Positions 39,409 through 48,325 are shown, counted from the stretch's first letter. The stretch is DNA of 64,000 nt from Nitrospirae bacterium JdFR-86 (GCA_002011815.1 MTOV01000004.1:115514-179513), one strand, 5' to 3'. Notes: generated by a model not told the origin, from the letters alone. A program made the numbers and translations.

Positions 39409-39589
39409 CATCGGCGTTGCACAGCTACCCAGTTTGGCAATCAGTAATCGGTACTAATAGATAGAACAACATTCTTTCCAGACATGCAAACAATCATTCA
39501 CAGCTTCGTCTTAGAGGCTTTTTTTCTTCTTACATTTTTTTCCCCTTATCCTATTTTGGTTTTTGCGATTCTAGGGCTTCTGAAGGCCT

Positions 39590-40130
39590 CTAAGGTAGAC
39601 CTCTAAGCCAGACCTAGCAGTACGGGATACAATCTCACCCCTGCACGCCTCAGGCATCCAAGATACCCATAACCCCGAGTTGCCCGACTGCTTCCTCTAC
39701 GCCAAAGGAGGTACCGTTGAGTTGGGTTCATAAACTTGCTTGAGCACCCAGCCTATGGGCGGCCCCGGCTCCATGAACTCAAGAAGGTGCCTACTCCTAA
39801 GCACGGGGCTGGCACTTGCCGCTCGATCTGAGGCCACCGGACGACGCCGAACATCTCTATCTCCATTTTGGGTACGCCGCCTTGAAGAGGTTCGCGCACC
39901 GAGAGGCCAACTTCTATCACAAAGGTCAAGAATTCCACCGACGTGGGACCGAGCCTCCTCGCGAGCCTTCCTACCGACCGACATCTCGGACTGAGGACTT
40001 AGATATGCCCGTGGCTTAACACAAGCGGCATTACTCATCATCTCAAGCCACTGAGGCGTAGTAACAGCCTTCAGGAATGCTCTCGCCAGGGTATCTCATC
40101 CTGTTCGGCGCGACTATGAGACTTTCACAT
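39590..40130. other. GC-rich ~0.5 kb block without a convincing ORF; candidate structured RNA or foreign non-coding fragment
   Basis: Sharp compositional contrast with AT-rich flanks. Four overlapping low-complexity ORFs on both strands (Arg/Pro/Ser-rich, not protein-like). Several local hairpins, e.g. GTGGCTT..AAGCCAC on the minus strand. Confidence 0.3.
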
Positions 40131-40514
40131 CCCGCCACCGAGCACAGAAGCATCAGAATTGCCGAAGTCCCTATTTTCATAGTTCATATCTGCCGCTTCA
40201 ATTGAAGAGCAGATATTCCTGTGGTGACTGTAGTTAACTAAACATGCCGCCCAAAACCATACTTGTAAAGGCAAATGTGCATGATTGTTCTTATCAAAGA
40301 TATTCTGATGCTCATTTTCCTTACATTGAAAAAGTCTCCTTGTACCAATCCAGTAATATTCAGCATCTCCGCGTACAGGATACCTAAATCCATTGGGCCA
40401 ATGAGCTTTGAACAAATACCGTCCGCACGCTTTCTTTGTGGCAAAGAGCTTCTGAAATTCATCAAATATAGTTGTGGGGTAATAAAGTCTACTCATATCG
40501 CCAACTTTCACCAA
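40125..40514 (-). pseudogene. Remnant of an IS1595-family transposase N-terminus (zinc-ribbon/HTH region, cysteines lost)
   Basis: FATKKACGRYLFKAHWPNGFRYPVRG..LFQCKENEHQ..HLPLQVWFWAACL matches the IS1595 N-terminal pattern (ACxxYL..RWPNGxxCPxCG..CKxCxxQ..LPLxxWF), but the CPxCG and CxxC cysteines are replaced and no DDE domain follows. Confidence 0.5.
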
Positions 40515-40842
40515 GTTCTTGAAGTCTTTTATTTATCCATTCTTTAGGAGGCATTTCTATACCAGCCATCATTTGAGGGCTAATATTATCGTGACTTAAA
40601 ATATATTCTTGTCGGAGTGCTTTTAAAATCCGATAGCGTCTTTGCAATTCTTCCCTACGAAGGTCTTGCGCTGCTTGAAAAAGCGCTATGAGCAAAAGAA
40701 AAATGCCAATACTTATTATTATTCTACTGGGGGCCCGCCTTTTTTTCCACCTTTCATAAATCCCTATTAATATCGTGGCTATTCCACCAAGTAGACTAAT
40801 CCAATGTCCAATAAGTTTTGACAACAAATTAATTACATCCAT
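40489..40842 (-). CDS. Hypothetical two-TM membrane protein
   Basis: 117 aa with two hydrophobic helices then a charged tail. No recognisable family. Confidence 0.4.
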   Translation of the reverse strand: MDVINLLSKLIGHWISLLGGIATILIGIYERWKKRRAPSRIIISIGIFLLLIALFQAAQDLRREELQRRYRILKALRQEYILSHDNISPQMMAGIEMPPKEWINKRLQELGESWRYE

Positions 40843-41381
40843 AATTCACCTCCATACTTGAGGTAAAAGTATTTTACTGCACTTATAAGCTAACCCGATA
40901 AGCATATTTTTAAATGAAGCAATTTGGGCTACCCGTTGCCTCACATAAAAATCTAAACGAAATGCTTCCCAATTGCCTCATGAAAATTATAAACAAAATT
41001 TTCTGCTTTTCTTTGTCCTATTCCTTGGGGCAGCAAGCTCTGTGAGCCTATCCTGTAGCTTTGTGATAGCCCTTTTGAATTCAACCGAGTTCAGATTTTT
41101 ATACTGACTCCTGAACCTTGTTTTAGCAGCACTGTCTATGTACTTTGACTTCAAAACCCTCTTATAAGAGGTCTTAGGCCTGTCATATTTCTTCGTGGCT
41201 TTGCTGCTCACCCTCAGCGGGTAGAGAAGGGGGCCTTTTTGTCAAACATTTTTGTTCGAACAAACCAATGCAGGAGGAGGTGCTGGGTCCTAGGGACATC
41301 TCTTTCCATAAGCGAATAAGGAAAAAATAGGATAGAGAGAGCATACAGAAATGTGAGTTTAAGAACATAGAATATGAGATA

Positions 41382-41801
41382 TTATTTCTTAGCAGAAATT
41401 CTGTTCCAGATTTCTTGAGATTGAAAATTTCTAACCAATTCAATTCTTATTTCGGAAGCGGTAGCACTAGACCGCACTGGCTGATCAACTAATTTGCATA
41501 GTTCTCTTAGTTGTTTTACAGTCAAGTTCTTTAAGTTATCAAGTAGTTTATCGGGATCATTTTTCATTTCTTTTAAGAGTTTAATATATTCCGAGTCGAC
41601 ATTTATTGCTTTAGAAGCCCTTCTCTTTTCCGGTGAGATATATGGGGCAGTGATAGAAAATTGAACCTTTCCACCTAACCGTTCTAGTTTTTGCACGTCT
41701 TCTTCTGAAAAGTATTGTAATAAAATTTGTTTCAATCTATTAGACACTGGAGTTCCTGCCTCGTGTATGAATTCATATTTAGGCACAGCGGTACCCTCCA
41801 A
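41382..41801 (-). CDS. Hypothetical 139-aa protein coupled to the ParA-like gene
   Basis: Overlaps the upstream ParA-like gene by 23 nt. Helical and charged, with no recognisable motif. Confidence 0.5.
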   Translation of the reverse strand: MEGTAVPKYEFIHEAGTPVSNRLKQILLQYFSEEDVQKLERLGGKVQFSITAPYISPEKRRASKAINVDSEYIKLLKEMKNDPDKLLDNLKNLTVKQLRELCKLVDQPVRSSATASEIRIELVRNFQSQEIWNRISAKK

Positions 41802-42816
41802 TTCTAGCTAATACGACATCCGCGAGAGATGATAAACATTCATCAACCGTTGGCTGACCTGAAGTTTTTTTGCTGAAGTCATACCTTGAAAACTTTGTCC
41901 CTGCTTCGCCTAAAAATCGTGCGATAACATCCAGCCTTGGGATGACGCCAATCAATGGATCAGAGCCTAATACTCTTTGTTCTTCTTTATCTAAGTCCGC
42001 CTGTATATTCCTTTTTAAGCGTGTTTCAGCGGATTGTTGGCTGTATACCTTGCCACCGCCTACTCCACCTGTCCGATTAATAGCATTCAATACATACCCA
42101 AGGAGTTTAGGCCTGTCAGAGGGTGGGACAAGCTTTACCCAACGCAATAATCGAGGCATTCCATATATCGAAATAGCATCAGGAATTGTAACAGCTAAAT
42201 AATAGCTACAAGCTCTTAACATAGCTTGTGTTAGAAACATTTTATTCGGTGGACAATCGACGATCACGTAATCATACTCACTGTATGCGTTGAGTAATTG
42301 CTTGCAATAAAGAAATAGTTCATCTACATGTCTTTTAGTGCCTGTAGCTAAACTTTGCGCAATTTGCATGTCTAACTCATCTACATTGAACGAACCTCGT
42401 ACAATAAAAAGATTGTCCGGGGCAACAGTATCCTTTACCTTGGTGACATATTTATCAAAATTTGTCTTGGCAATTTTTGCCCACTTGGATGGTTTAACTA
42501 AATTATATATTGTCAGTTCGGTTTTGCTTACCTCTTCAGGATCGAAGCCAAGCGCCAATGATAAACTACATTGTGGGTCAATATCAAACAATAGTACCTT
42601 TTTCTGTGTTTTTTCAGCCAAATAATATCCCAAGAGACAAGATACTGTGGTCTTGCCGACCCCACCCTTATAATTAACAACACATATCGATCCCCGATGC
42701 TTTTCAGCTCGTAGAGCATCAATTTTTAGTTTATTTTCCGAGCTAACGACCGGATTGAACGGACTAGCATCTTTTTTTTGGGGACTGTAGTCTTTCTTTC
42801 TTTTCTTTCTTGCCAT
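41779..42816 (-). CDS. ParA/MinD-superfamily ATPase with basic N-terminal extension
   Basis: Deviant Walker A VVNYKGGVGKTTVS, FDIDPQCSLS, VIVDCPPN. Confidence 0.8.
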   Translation of the reverse strand: MARKKRKKDYSPQKKDASPFNPVVSSENKLKIDALRAEKHRGSICVVNYKGGVGKTTVSCLLGYYLAEKTQKKVLLFDIDPQCSLSLALGFDPEEVSKTELTIYNLVKPSKWAKIAKTNFDKYVTKVKDTVAPDNLFIVRGSFNVDELDMQIAQSLATGTKRHVDELFLYCKQLLNAYSEYDYVIVDCPPNKMFLTQAMLRACSYYLAVTIPDAISIYGMPRLLRWVKLVPPSDRPKLLGYVLNAINRTGGVGGGKVYSQQSAETRLKRNIQADLDKEEQRVLGSDPLIGVIPRLDVIARFLGEAGTKFSRYDFSKKTSGQPTVDECLSSLADVVLARIGGYRCA

Positions 42817-43042
42817 ATTCCTGCTGTGAGAGTTTTTTAATTATAGCAGAATCTTTAAACCAAATCTGACCTCCCCTATCTTCTCCATGGACGAATAAAA
42901 GAAGCCCCCCTATACAGCCCTAGGGGATATACGAGCTTATAGATGACGATCTTGGGCCGTTAGCGATGGCTCCGGTAGCGACTTGTAGAGATGCCTCCCC
43001 ACAAGGCCTTTTGAGGGCCCAAGTGCCACGTAGGCTTAAACT

Positions 43043-43714
43043 CTATACGGGCTGGAAACGGGACTTGCTCCTCTGACATCCGTAGCAGAGCATTGCGCCT
43101 TGGAACCTGTCCATGAATCTAAGGCAATAATCAACTTCTTTTGGGGTCATTCGTTTGCCGCATTTGGAACAATGAACATCGCCGGCCTTGCCTAAATTTA
43201 TCCCGTCTGTGCTTGCCGCCTCGGCCAGGGCGACGAATTCATCAAGAAGCTGTTTCCTTCCCACAAGAGCTACACCGTTTTTCTTCGCGAGCTCCACTGC
43301 CTGGGACGTAAAATCGCTGTTCGATATCACAATTGCGGCGTCACATCCATAATACCCTTTGGCAGCCACTGCCTCCTGAACCGCTTTGACGCCAACCTTC
43401 CTGTTCCACCTTTTGGCTTGGACTACCTTTCTAACGCCGTCTTTCTCAATGACCAAGTCGCCGCCGAAATCACCCCTGTAAGGGGTCCTCTCTGTCTTAT
43501 AGCCCTTTCTTCGATAAATGGCCTCGACATACTGCTCAAAAGTCCGGCCGTCCATCTTGTCGATGTCGCCAATCCCGGCGCGGGCCAATTTGTCAAACCT
43601 TCTTCGATAAAAGTATCGTTTGATCAAGAGAAATGCAACAACTACCGCGAATAAGGCCAAGATAGGCAACAACATGGTCGGTGCCACTGTCTTTATGATA
43701 TTCAGACTATCCAT
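43043..43714 (-). CDS. Membrane-anchored Mrr-like restriction endonuclease domain protein with C-terminal zinc ribbon
   Basis: N-terminal TM helix; Mrr_cat pattern FEQYVEAIYRRKGY..GGDLVIEKDG..VVQAKRW..ISNSDFTSQA; C-terminal CSKCG..CYGC. Confidence 0.75.
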   Translation of the reverse strand: MDSLNIIKTVAPTMLLPILALFAVVVAFLLIKRYFYRRRFDKLARAGIGDIDKMDGRTFEQYVEAIYRRKGYKTERTPYRGDFGGDLVIEKDGVRKVVQAKRWNRKVGVKAVQEAVAAKGYYGCDAAIVISNSDFTSQAVELAKKNGVALVGRKQLLDEFVALAEAASTDGINLGKAGDVHCSKCGKRMTPKEVDYCLRFMDRFQGAMLCYGCQRSKSRFQPV

Positions 43715-44252
43715 TTCCTCTGATTCTTGGGGTCTGCATATTATATCAGGTATTGCAATTCACATATCTCTTCTGCCGGGCGAAAGCTCCCTTTCCCCCT
43801 AAACCCCTTGAAATCCTTGACTTTTTAGGGGAGGTGATACACTACCCCAATTTGTGAAAATCCATTTTTACAAGGGGGTAACATGAGGTATATTTAATTG
43901 TCCTGATACCTGTATTTCTTGTTTTTACCATCGGCCGCTCGAGGCCATCACGTGAGGGTAAACGGCGTGCCCATGAACGGCGACCTCTATGCCGACTTCG
44001 GGCAAATAGAGACCGACGCAGGCCCACAGGGCAAGAAGAAGTGGTACCAGACCACTGCTGGGAAAATAGGCCTCGTCATAGGCGCTGGCCTCGCAGGTTG
44101 GGATATCTATGAACTAGTTGATGACGATAACGACCCCGCACCGACGGGTGCGACGGGTGGCGGCAGGTAGGTAACGCATGAATCAAAAAAAGCCTTCTCT
44201 GGCCCTACAAGAGGTTTCAGATGTGCTTTTTCTATGTCTATCTTGATGGGTC

Positions 44253-44663
44253 TTATTCTGGCCGCTTCCTCATCCTTTCTGTCATGACCCTGACATGCTC
44301 GGCGAAATCAGGGCTGTATGAGATTTTGCCGTCTTCGACCGTGACCTTGGCCGCCGACCTTACGTATCCCGGCGTGGGTACCTCATCGAGAAATCTACCA
44401 TCCATCTCGCAGAGTATGTATATGTGACCCAGCCTTTGGGAGAGCTCAAGGAGAGCCTCTCTGTCCCTTTCGATTTCTAGGTCTCCGAACCAGATTTTCT
44501 TAGCCTTTGCATTGAAGATGTTGGCGTTGAATATCGTTGTGGGCTTTTTCATGCTTTTTGACGGATAGAGCATCCTTCCAGCAATCCCAAGCAATTTTTC
44601 AGCAACCCGGGATATCTTTGTAAATTTTTGATCTACCCAGGCAGATTTTTCTGTCTTATTCAT
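44253..44663 (-). CDS. Hypothetical 136-aa protein, last gene of the OB/HD operon
   Basis: 4-nt overlap with the upstream HD gene. No recognisable motif. Confidence 0.5.
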   Translation of the reverse strand: MNKTEKSAWVDQKFTKISRVAEKLLGIAGRMLYPSKSMKKPTTIFNANIFNAKAKKIWFGDLEIERDREALLELSQRLGHIYILCEMDGRFLDEVPTPGYVRSAAKVTVEDGKISYSPDFAEHVRVMTERMRKRPE

Positions 44664-45646
44664 ATCCCCACCTCGACAATCTCTCTCTGATGCGTTTTCT
44701 TGTGTTTCTTCTGGTATATTTCGGTATTAAGATATCTATCGTATGGACTCCAAGGGTTTTCAGGATTCGAGTGTTTCAGATGACAGTATAAGTGGTTCAA
44801 CTTTGCATCCATGTTTTCGATTAAATGGAGCATCAGTGCCTCAGGCGTAGCTGGTCTTACCGGACTGCCGTGCTCCAGCTCACCGTGATGAGAAAGGATC
44901 ATGTGTTTAAGTAGCATTGCCAATTCTTCCGGGAAACTATCGAGCCTTGATATCTTTTCATTGACCATGGAAAAGCCAAGAGTTACGTGTCCCAGGAGCT
45001 TGCCTTCTGTTGTGTATTCCCTTGCGATTTCGTAGTGCATTTCTCTGGTTTTCCCGATATCGTGCAGGAACGCACCTGTAAGGAGCATGTCCTTGTCGAT
45101 AAGCCCGGGATGCATATCAGCAATAAATGCTGCCTGGCACATGGTATTGACTGTGTGCTCAAGCAGTCCTCCAATGTAATTGTGATGTACGGAAATTCCA
45201 CCAGGTGTGGACAGGAAGTTTTCAAGGAAAACGGTATCTTCTAAAAAACTGTCCACGAGTTTTTTGCAGCTCGAATCCTTTATCAGGCTGATCTGTTCGA
45301 GCAGCTTTCTATGCCAATAATCAATGCCGCCCGGAACGATCTCAAGGAAGTCCTTGAGGTCGACCTCGTGTTTTTCAGCCATTCTTATCTTTTCGATTTC
45401 TATTGCCAAAGAGCCGTTCAGGATTTTTGTGATGCCTCTTACCTTCACGAATGATTTTTCTTTTAGCAGGGTAGCGGACTCTACTGGTTCGTTCCAGAGA
45501 TATCCTCTTATCCCTCCGGTTTTGTCGTGGAGATTAAGCACCAGGAAATGCCTCAGGTTTCTGCTTTGCCTGAGTTCCATAGATTCAAGGGCGAAGAATG
45601 TTGTTATCCTTTCGTTTGGTAATATATCTTTCCTCATCAGTTTCAT
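44660..45646 (-). CDS. OB-fold + HD-domain phosphohydrolase (YhaM-like 3'-5' exoribonuclease architecture)
   Basis: N-terminal OB pattern (LHDKTGGIRGYLWNE..VKVRGI), then HD motifs HHNYIGGLLEHT..AFLHDIGK..LSHHG. Confidence 0.75.
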   Translation of the reverse strand: MKLMRKDILPNERITTFFALESMELRQSRNLRHFLVLNLHDKTGGIRGYLWNEPVESATLLKEKSFVKVRGITKILNGSLAIEIEKIRMAEKHEVDLKDFLEIVPGGIDYWHRKLLEQISLIKDSSCKKLVDSFLEDTVFLENFLSTPGGISVHHNYIGGLLEHTVNTMCQAAFIADMHPGLIDKDMLLTGAFLHDIGKTREMHYEIAREYTTEGKLLGHVTLGFSMVNEKISRLDSFPEELAMLLKHMILSHHGELEHGSPVRPATPEALMLHLIENMDAKLNHLYCHLKHSNPENPWSPYDRYLNTEIYQKKHKKTHQREIVEVGI

Positions 45647-45885
45647 TTTTCTTTTCTCCTTTCTTCTTCACCTGAAATAAACTCTTTTACTGCATCTAAT
45701 GCGGTCAGTGGAATCAGAAATATCGGTATAAGTAGCAGGCAGCTTAACAACCACAATATCCTTTTCCAGCGTTTATCCATAAGCGAAGGGCATTTGCTTC
45801 TTAAATCTTCAGTGAGTCTCGGCAGAATGAAGAAGGAGGCTAAAACCCAACTCAAATAAATTATTACAAAGGGGAATAATCTCAT
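45643..45885 (-). CDS. Hypothetical small membrane protein (2 TM)
   Basis: 80 aa with two hydrophobic helices and 4-nt overlap with the HD gene. Confidence 0.5.
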   Translation of the reverse strand: MRLFPFVIIYLSWVLASFFILPRLTEDLRSKCPSLMDKRWKRILWLLSCLLLIPIFLIPLTALDAVKEFISGEEERRKEK

Positions 45886-45889
45886 TTTC

Positions 45890-46132
45890 TTACACCTCCT
45901 TTGCTGCCCTATAGGCTTTCTTGATCATTGTCCTCGTTACGAACTCCTTTGGGGCAATTCCTTGCTGGTTGAATATCTCATCGCCCACGATCTGAATCTT
46001 TCCGATATTTGCCTCCCCTGACCTTTCACTACCCGCTTCAAGCAGGATTTCCAAAAACCTTTTCCTCCTTGCCTCGTCAAGGCTCTTATAAAGGCTTTCG
46101 AAATAACTGCAGTCGTCCCTTCTGATGAACAT
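45890..46132 (-). CDS. Hypothetical 80-aa protein, first gene of the OB/HD operon
   Basis: GGAGG upstream. No recognisable motif. Confidence 0.45.
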   Translation of the reverse strand: MFIRRDDCSYFESLYKSLDEARRKRFLEILLEAGSERSGEANIGKIQIVGDEIFNQQGIAPKEFVTRTMIKKAYRAAKEV

Positions 46133-46292
46133 TTTCCCCTCCTTATGTCATTTAAAACAATAAAATATCATTCTAAATATAAATATAACATCCAAAATGG
46201 TATCTGTCAAGTCATTTTTTCATCCAGAATGAAATTTTTTGATTTTCTTTGACAAAATGGGGCTTTTTGTATAAATTATTCTTGGGCTAACT

Positions 46293-46493
46293 ATGATTAA
46301 GTGTCATCTGTCGAAACTGATGGGCGAGAGGAAGTTGAAAATCGCCAATGTTGCACGGGACATCGGCGTCCACAGAAACACTATTGCCCTCTTGTACTAC
46401 GAAAAAGCCAAGAGAGTTGACTTAGATGTTCTGGATAAATTATGTAAGTATTTAAGTTGCGAAATTTCGGACTTATTAGAGTATAGAGATTAA
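46293..46493 (+). CDS. XRE/Cro-type helix-turn-helix regulator
   Basis: 66 aa, KLKIANVARDIGVHRNTIALLY HTH. Divergent from the OB/HD operon. Paralogue at 60313-60519. Confidence 0.85.
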   Translation: MIKCHLSKLMGERKLKIANVARDIGVHRNTIALLYYEKAKRVDLDVLDKLCKYLSCEISDLLEYRD

Positions 46494-46617
46494 ATTTTAT
46501 CTTAATACATTTTCTTTTTTTCTATAAGGGAAATTTTATTGTCCATCTTGTGGTATATGCATAAGTCTAAAGAACGATTGTCTAACAAGAGTTGCAAATT
46601 CACAAAAGAAAGTCCCA

Positions 46618-47352
46618 ATGAATGAAAACCTTTTAGTATCTCTTATAGGCCATACCATTACCCTCCCAGGACAGTTCGATGTCCCAGTTATACTGGAAGA
46701 TGTAAGGCTTCTCGGACCTGATAGCTCGGCTGGTTATGAATGTCGGGTGAGACTTCCTGACGGTACGCTGGAAGAAACGATTATCTCTTTATCGGAAGCA
46801 ACATCAATCATCGGTGTGGATCGAAAGCCTTCTGATTTAATACGACCGGTGGATTCTGAAAAACTTCGCCTTCTTATTGAGTCCACCCGTATTCGACTTG
46901 CCTATGTGCATGACCATCAATTTACTGTGAGCCTTTCTGGTATTCGTACACTTCCTCACCAAATCGAAGCTGTCTATCAAAAAATGCTATCACAGCCTCA
47001 GCTACGGTTCCTTTTAGCAGATGATCCCGGTGCGGGTAAGACCATTATGGTTGGTTTGCTTATCAAAGAGTTAAAACTACGAGAAGCCGTTGAGCGAATA
47101 CTTATTCTATGCCCGGCTCCTCTTACAATACAGTGGCAGGATGAAGGGCAGCTTGTGCGATTTACCATCAATGGATGGTATAAGGCCCAGCAGCTTGCCG
47201 ATACCTACTGGCTCTATGTGGTATGGAACCCGCTTGATAAAGAACCCGAAATTGTCCGTATATAGAACCCTGCTGTGAAGCTTGACCACGCAAAGCGGGA
47301 GATTGTAGCGGCGAGGGTTTTTGAGGTACCGGCTGAGGCGATACAGCATGTG
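46618..47352 (+). pseudogene. Internally deleted SNF2/DEAD-like helicase (N-terminal ~170 aa joined to the C-terminal ~45 aa, then in-frame TAG and 19 further tail codons)
   Basis: LPHQIEAVY..FLLADDPGAGKTIMVG..ILCPAPLTIQWQDE (motifs I/Ia) jumps directly to ..YWLYVVWNPLDKEPEIVRI. No motif II-VI is present. After TAG (47263-47265) the same frame continues NPAVKLDHAKREIVAARVFEVPAEAIQHV*. Confidence 0.65.
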
Positions 47353-47366
47353 TAGGTGGTTTGATG
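47290..47366 (+). repeat. Junction repeat A (helicase-tail half only), left edge of the cassette array
   Basis: GCAAAGCGGGAGATTGTAGCGGCGAGGGTTTTTGAGGTACCGGCTGAGGCGATACAGCATGTGTAGGTGGTTTG aligns by eye with the tail halves of repeats D, B and C. Confidence 0.75.
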
Positions 47367-48226
47367 TGAATAATAAAAGCAAGAAAGCAGAAATTAAAAT
47401 TATTAGGGAATTTTTAAATTTTAGGGGCTGTAAGGTTCTACGGATAATCCCGAATGAAAGACCTGATGCTATAGTAGTTATTGAAGAAGCAGGAAAGCGG
47501 AAAAAAGTCGGGATAGAGCATACTGAGTACCATGTTGATGCTCCGCCAGGCAAGCCTTCGTCAGGCAGAAAAGTTCACAGTTTTTGGCATCATGTCCGAA
47601 GCAGTATTCGTAGACGTGTAAGTCACCGTCCAATTTTGAAGCATATAACTGGGCTGGTTTCTCTTAAGGAAGATAACCATCCAAGACAATCACGAGCAAG
47701 AGATCTGGCCGAAGAGTTGGTCAAATTAGCATTAGAGCATATTAATGCTATCCCAAATGGTGAGCACAGAATAAACAATTTTTCGAATAAAAAATATCCA
47801 CTTTTAAGTAGATATGTCAAAAAAGTTATTCTATATGGTACAGGTTCTGCTTGCAATGTGTCATGGGGATGTGTGAACGCAAATGTTTCAGCTATTGGTG
47901 TTTCTGCGAAAGAGATAACCTTAATCATTCAGAACAAGACCAAGGAATTTCCAAAATATTGCTGGGGAAACGTAAAGGAACGCTGGCTTCTTATAAGCGC
48001 ATCCGGAAAAACTGTTTTTAATTTAGCCACGTCTCATCCAGAAAGAGTTGAGTGGGAAGCGAATACACTCCAGTCCGCCTGCCTTAGTTCTAACGTTGAC
48101 CGTATCTTCTTTTGGGATAGGACATTCAATTGGTATAAGGAGGTCTGGCCCGGTGCGCCTATTGTCCAACGCGAGTGGAGGCCTGAAAAGATATACAAAC
48201 ACGAGACTAACTATGAAAGAGAATGA
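47348..48226 (+). CDS. Cassette 1: hypothetical ~292-aa protein (start uncertain)
   Basis: Long clean ORF. The first 9 codons of the track ORF lie in repeat A, so I prefer the ATG at 47348. A possible nuclease-like stretch (ERPDAIVVIEEAGKRKKVGIEHTEY) is not diagnostic. Confidence 0.55.
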   Translation: MCRWFDVNNKSKKAEIKIIREFLNFRGCKVLRIIPNERPDAIVVIEEAGKRKKVGIEHTEYHVDAPPGKPSSGRKVHSFWHHVRSSIRRRVSHRPILKHITGLVSLKEDNHPRQSRARDLAEELVKLALEHINAIPNGEHRINNFSNKKYPLLSRYVKKVILYGTGSACNVSWGCVNANVSAIGVSAKEITLIIQNKTKEFPKYCWGNVKERWLLISASGKTVFNLATSHPERVEWEANTLQSACLSSNVDRIFFWDRTFNWYKEVWPGAPIVQREWRPEKIYKHETNYERE

Positions 48227-48230
48227 TCCT

Positions 48231-48305
48231 CCAGCCAATGACATTAGTGCTGAAGTGTCGGATAAGATTATTGCAGTAAGATTTTTTGAAAACGATATAG
48301 CAAGG
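48231..48305 (+). repeat. Junction repeat D (short methylase-5' part + helicase-tail part)
   Basis: ..ATTAGTGCTGAAGTGTCGGATAAGATTATTGCAGTAAGATTTTTTGAAAACGATATAGCAAGG reads ISAEVSDKIIAVRFFEN. Confidence 0.7.
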
Positions 48306-48325
48306 AGAAATAGTTAATAGTTTCT

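Noticed and set aside
39697-40041. ORFs of 114, 84, 67 and 61 aa in the GC-rich block
   Set aside because: They mutually overlap on both strands, are Arg/Pro/Ser/Gly-rich and carry no motifs, as expected from stop-poor GC-rich non-coding DNA.
39199-40130. The idea that tRNA-Met is interrupted by a group I or group II intron formed by the GC-rich block
   Set aside because: The anticodon loop is intact and the break lies at the D-arm/anticodon-stem junction. I could find no sequence resembling the tRNA 5' half (acceptor or D arm) anywhere in 39250-40200, nor GTGYG or domain V-like signatures in a convincing arrangement.
39590-40130. RNase P RNA, tmRNA or SRP RNA identity for the GC-rich block
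   Set aside because: The signature strings are absent on both strands: GGAAAGTCCGGGC and ACAGAACCCGGCTTA for RNase P, a tRNA-like 3' end for tmRNA, and GGAAGCAGCC for SRP.
40987-41443. 74-aa and 86-aa minus-strand ORFs
   Set aside because: The 74-aa ORF is highly basic and might be a transposase C-terminal scrap, but I cannot tie it to a family. The 86-aa ORF looks random. The support is too weak to annotate either.
43919-44170. 83-aa + strand ORF with one hydrophobic helix and a Gly/Thr-rich end
   Set aside because: It has a TTG start, no clear RBS and GC-rich context. It may be a real small membrane protein but is unsupported.
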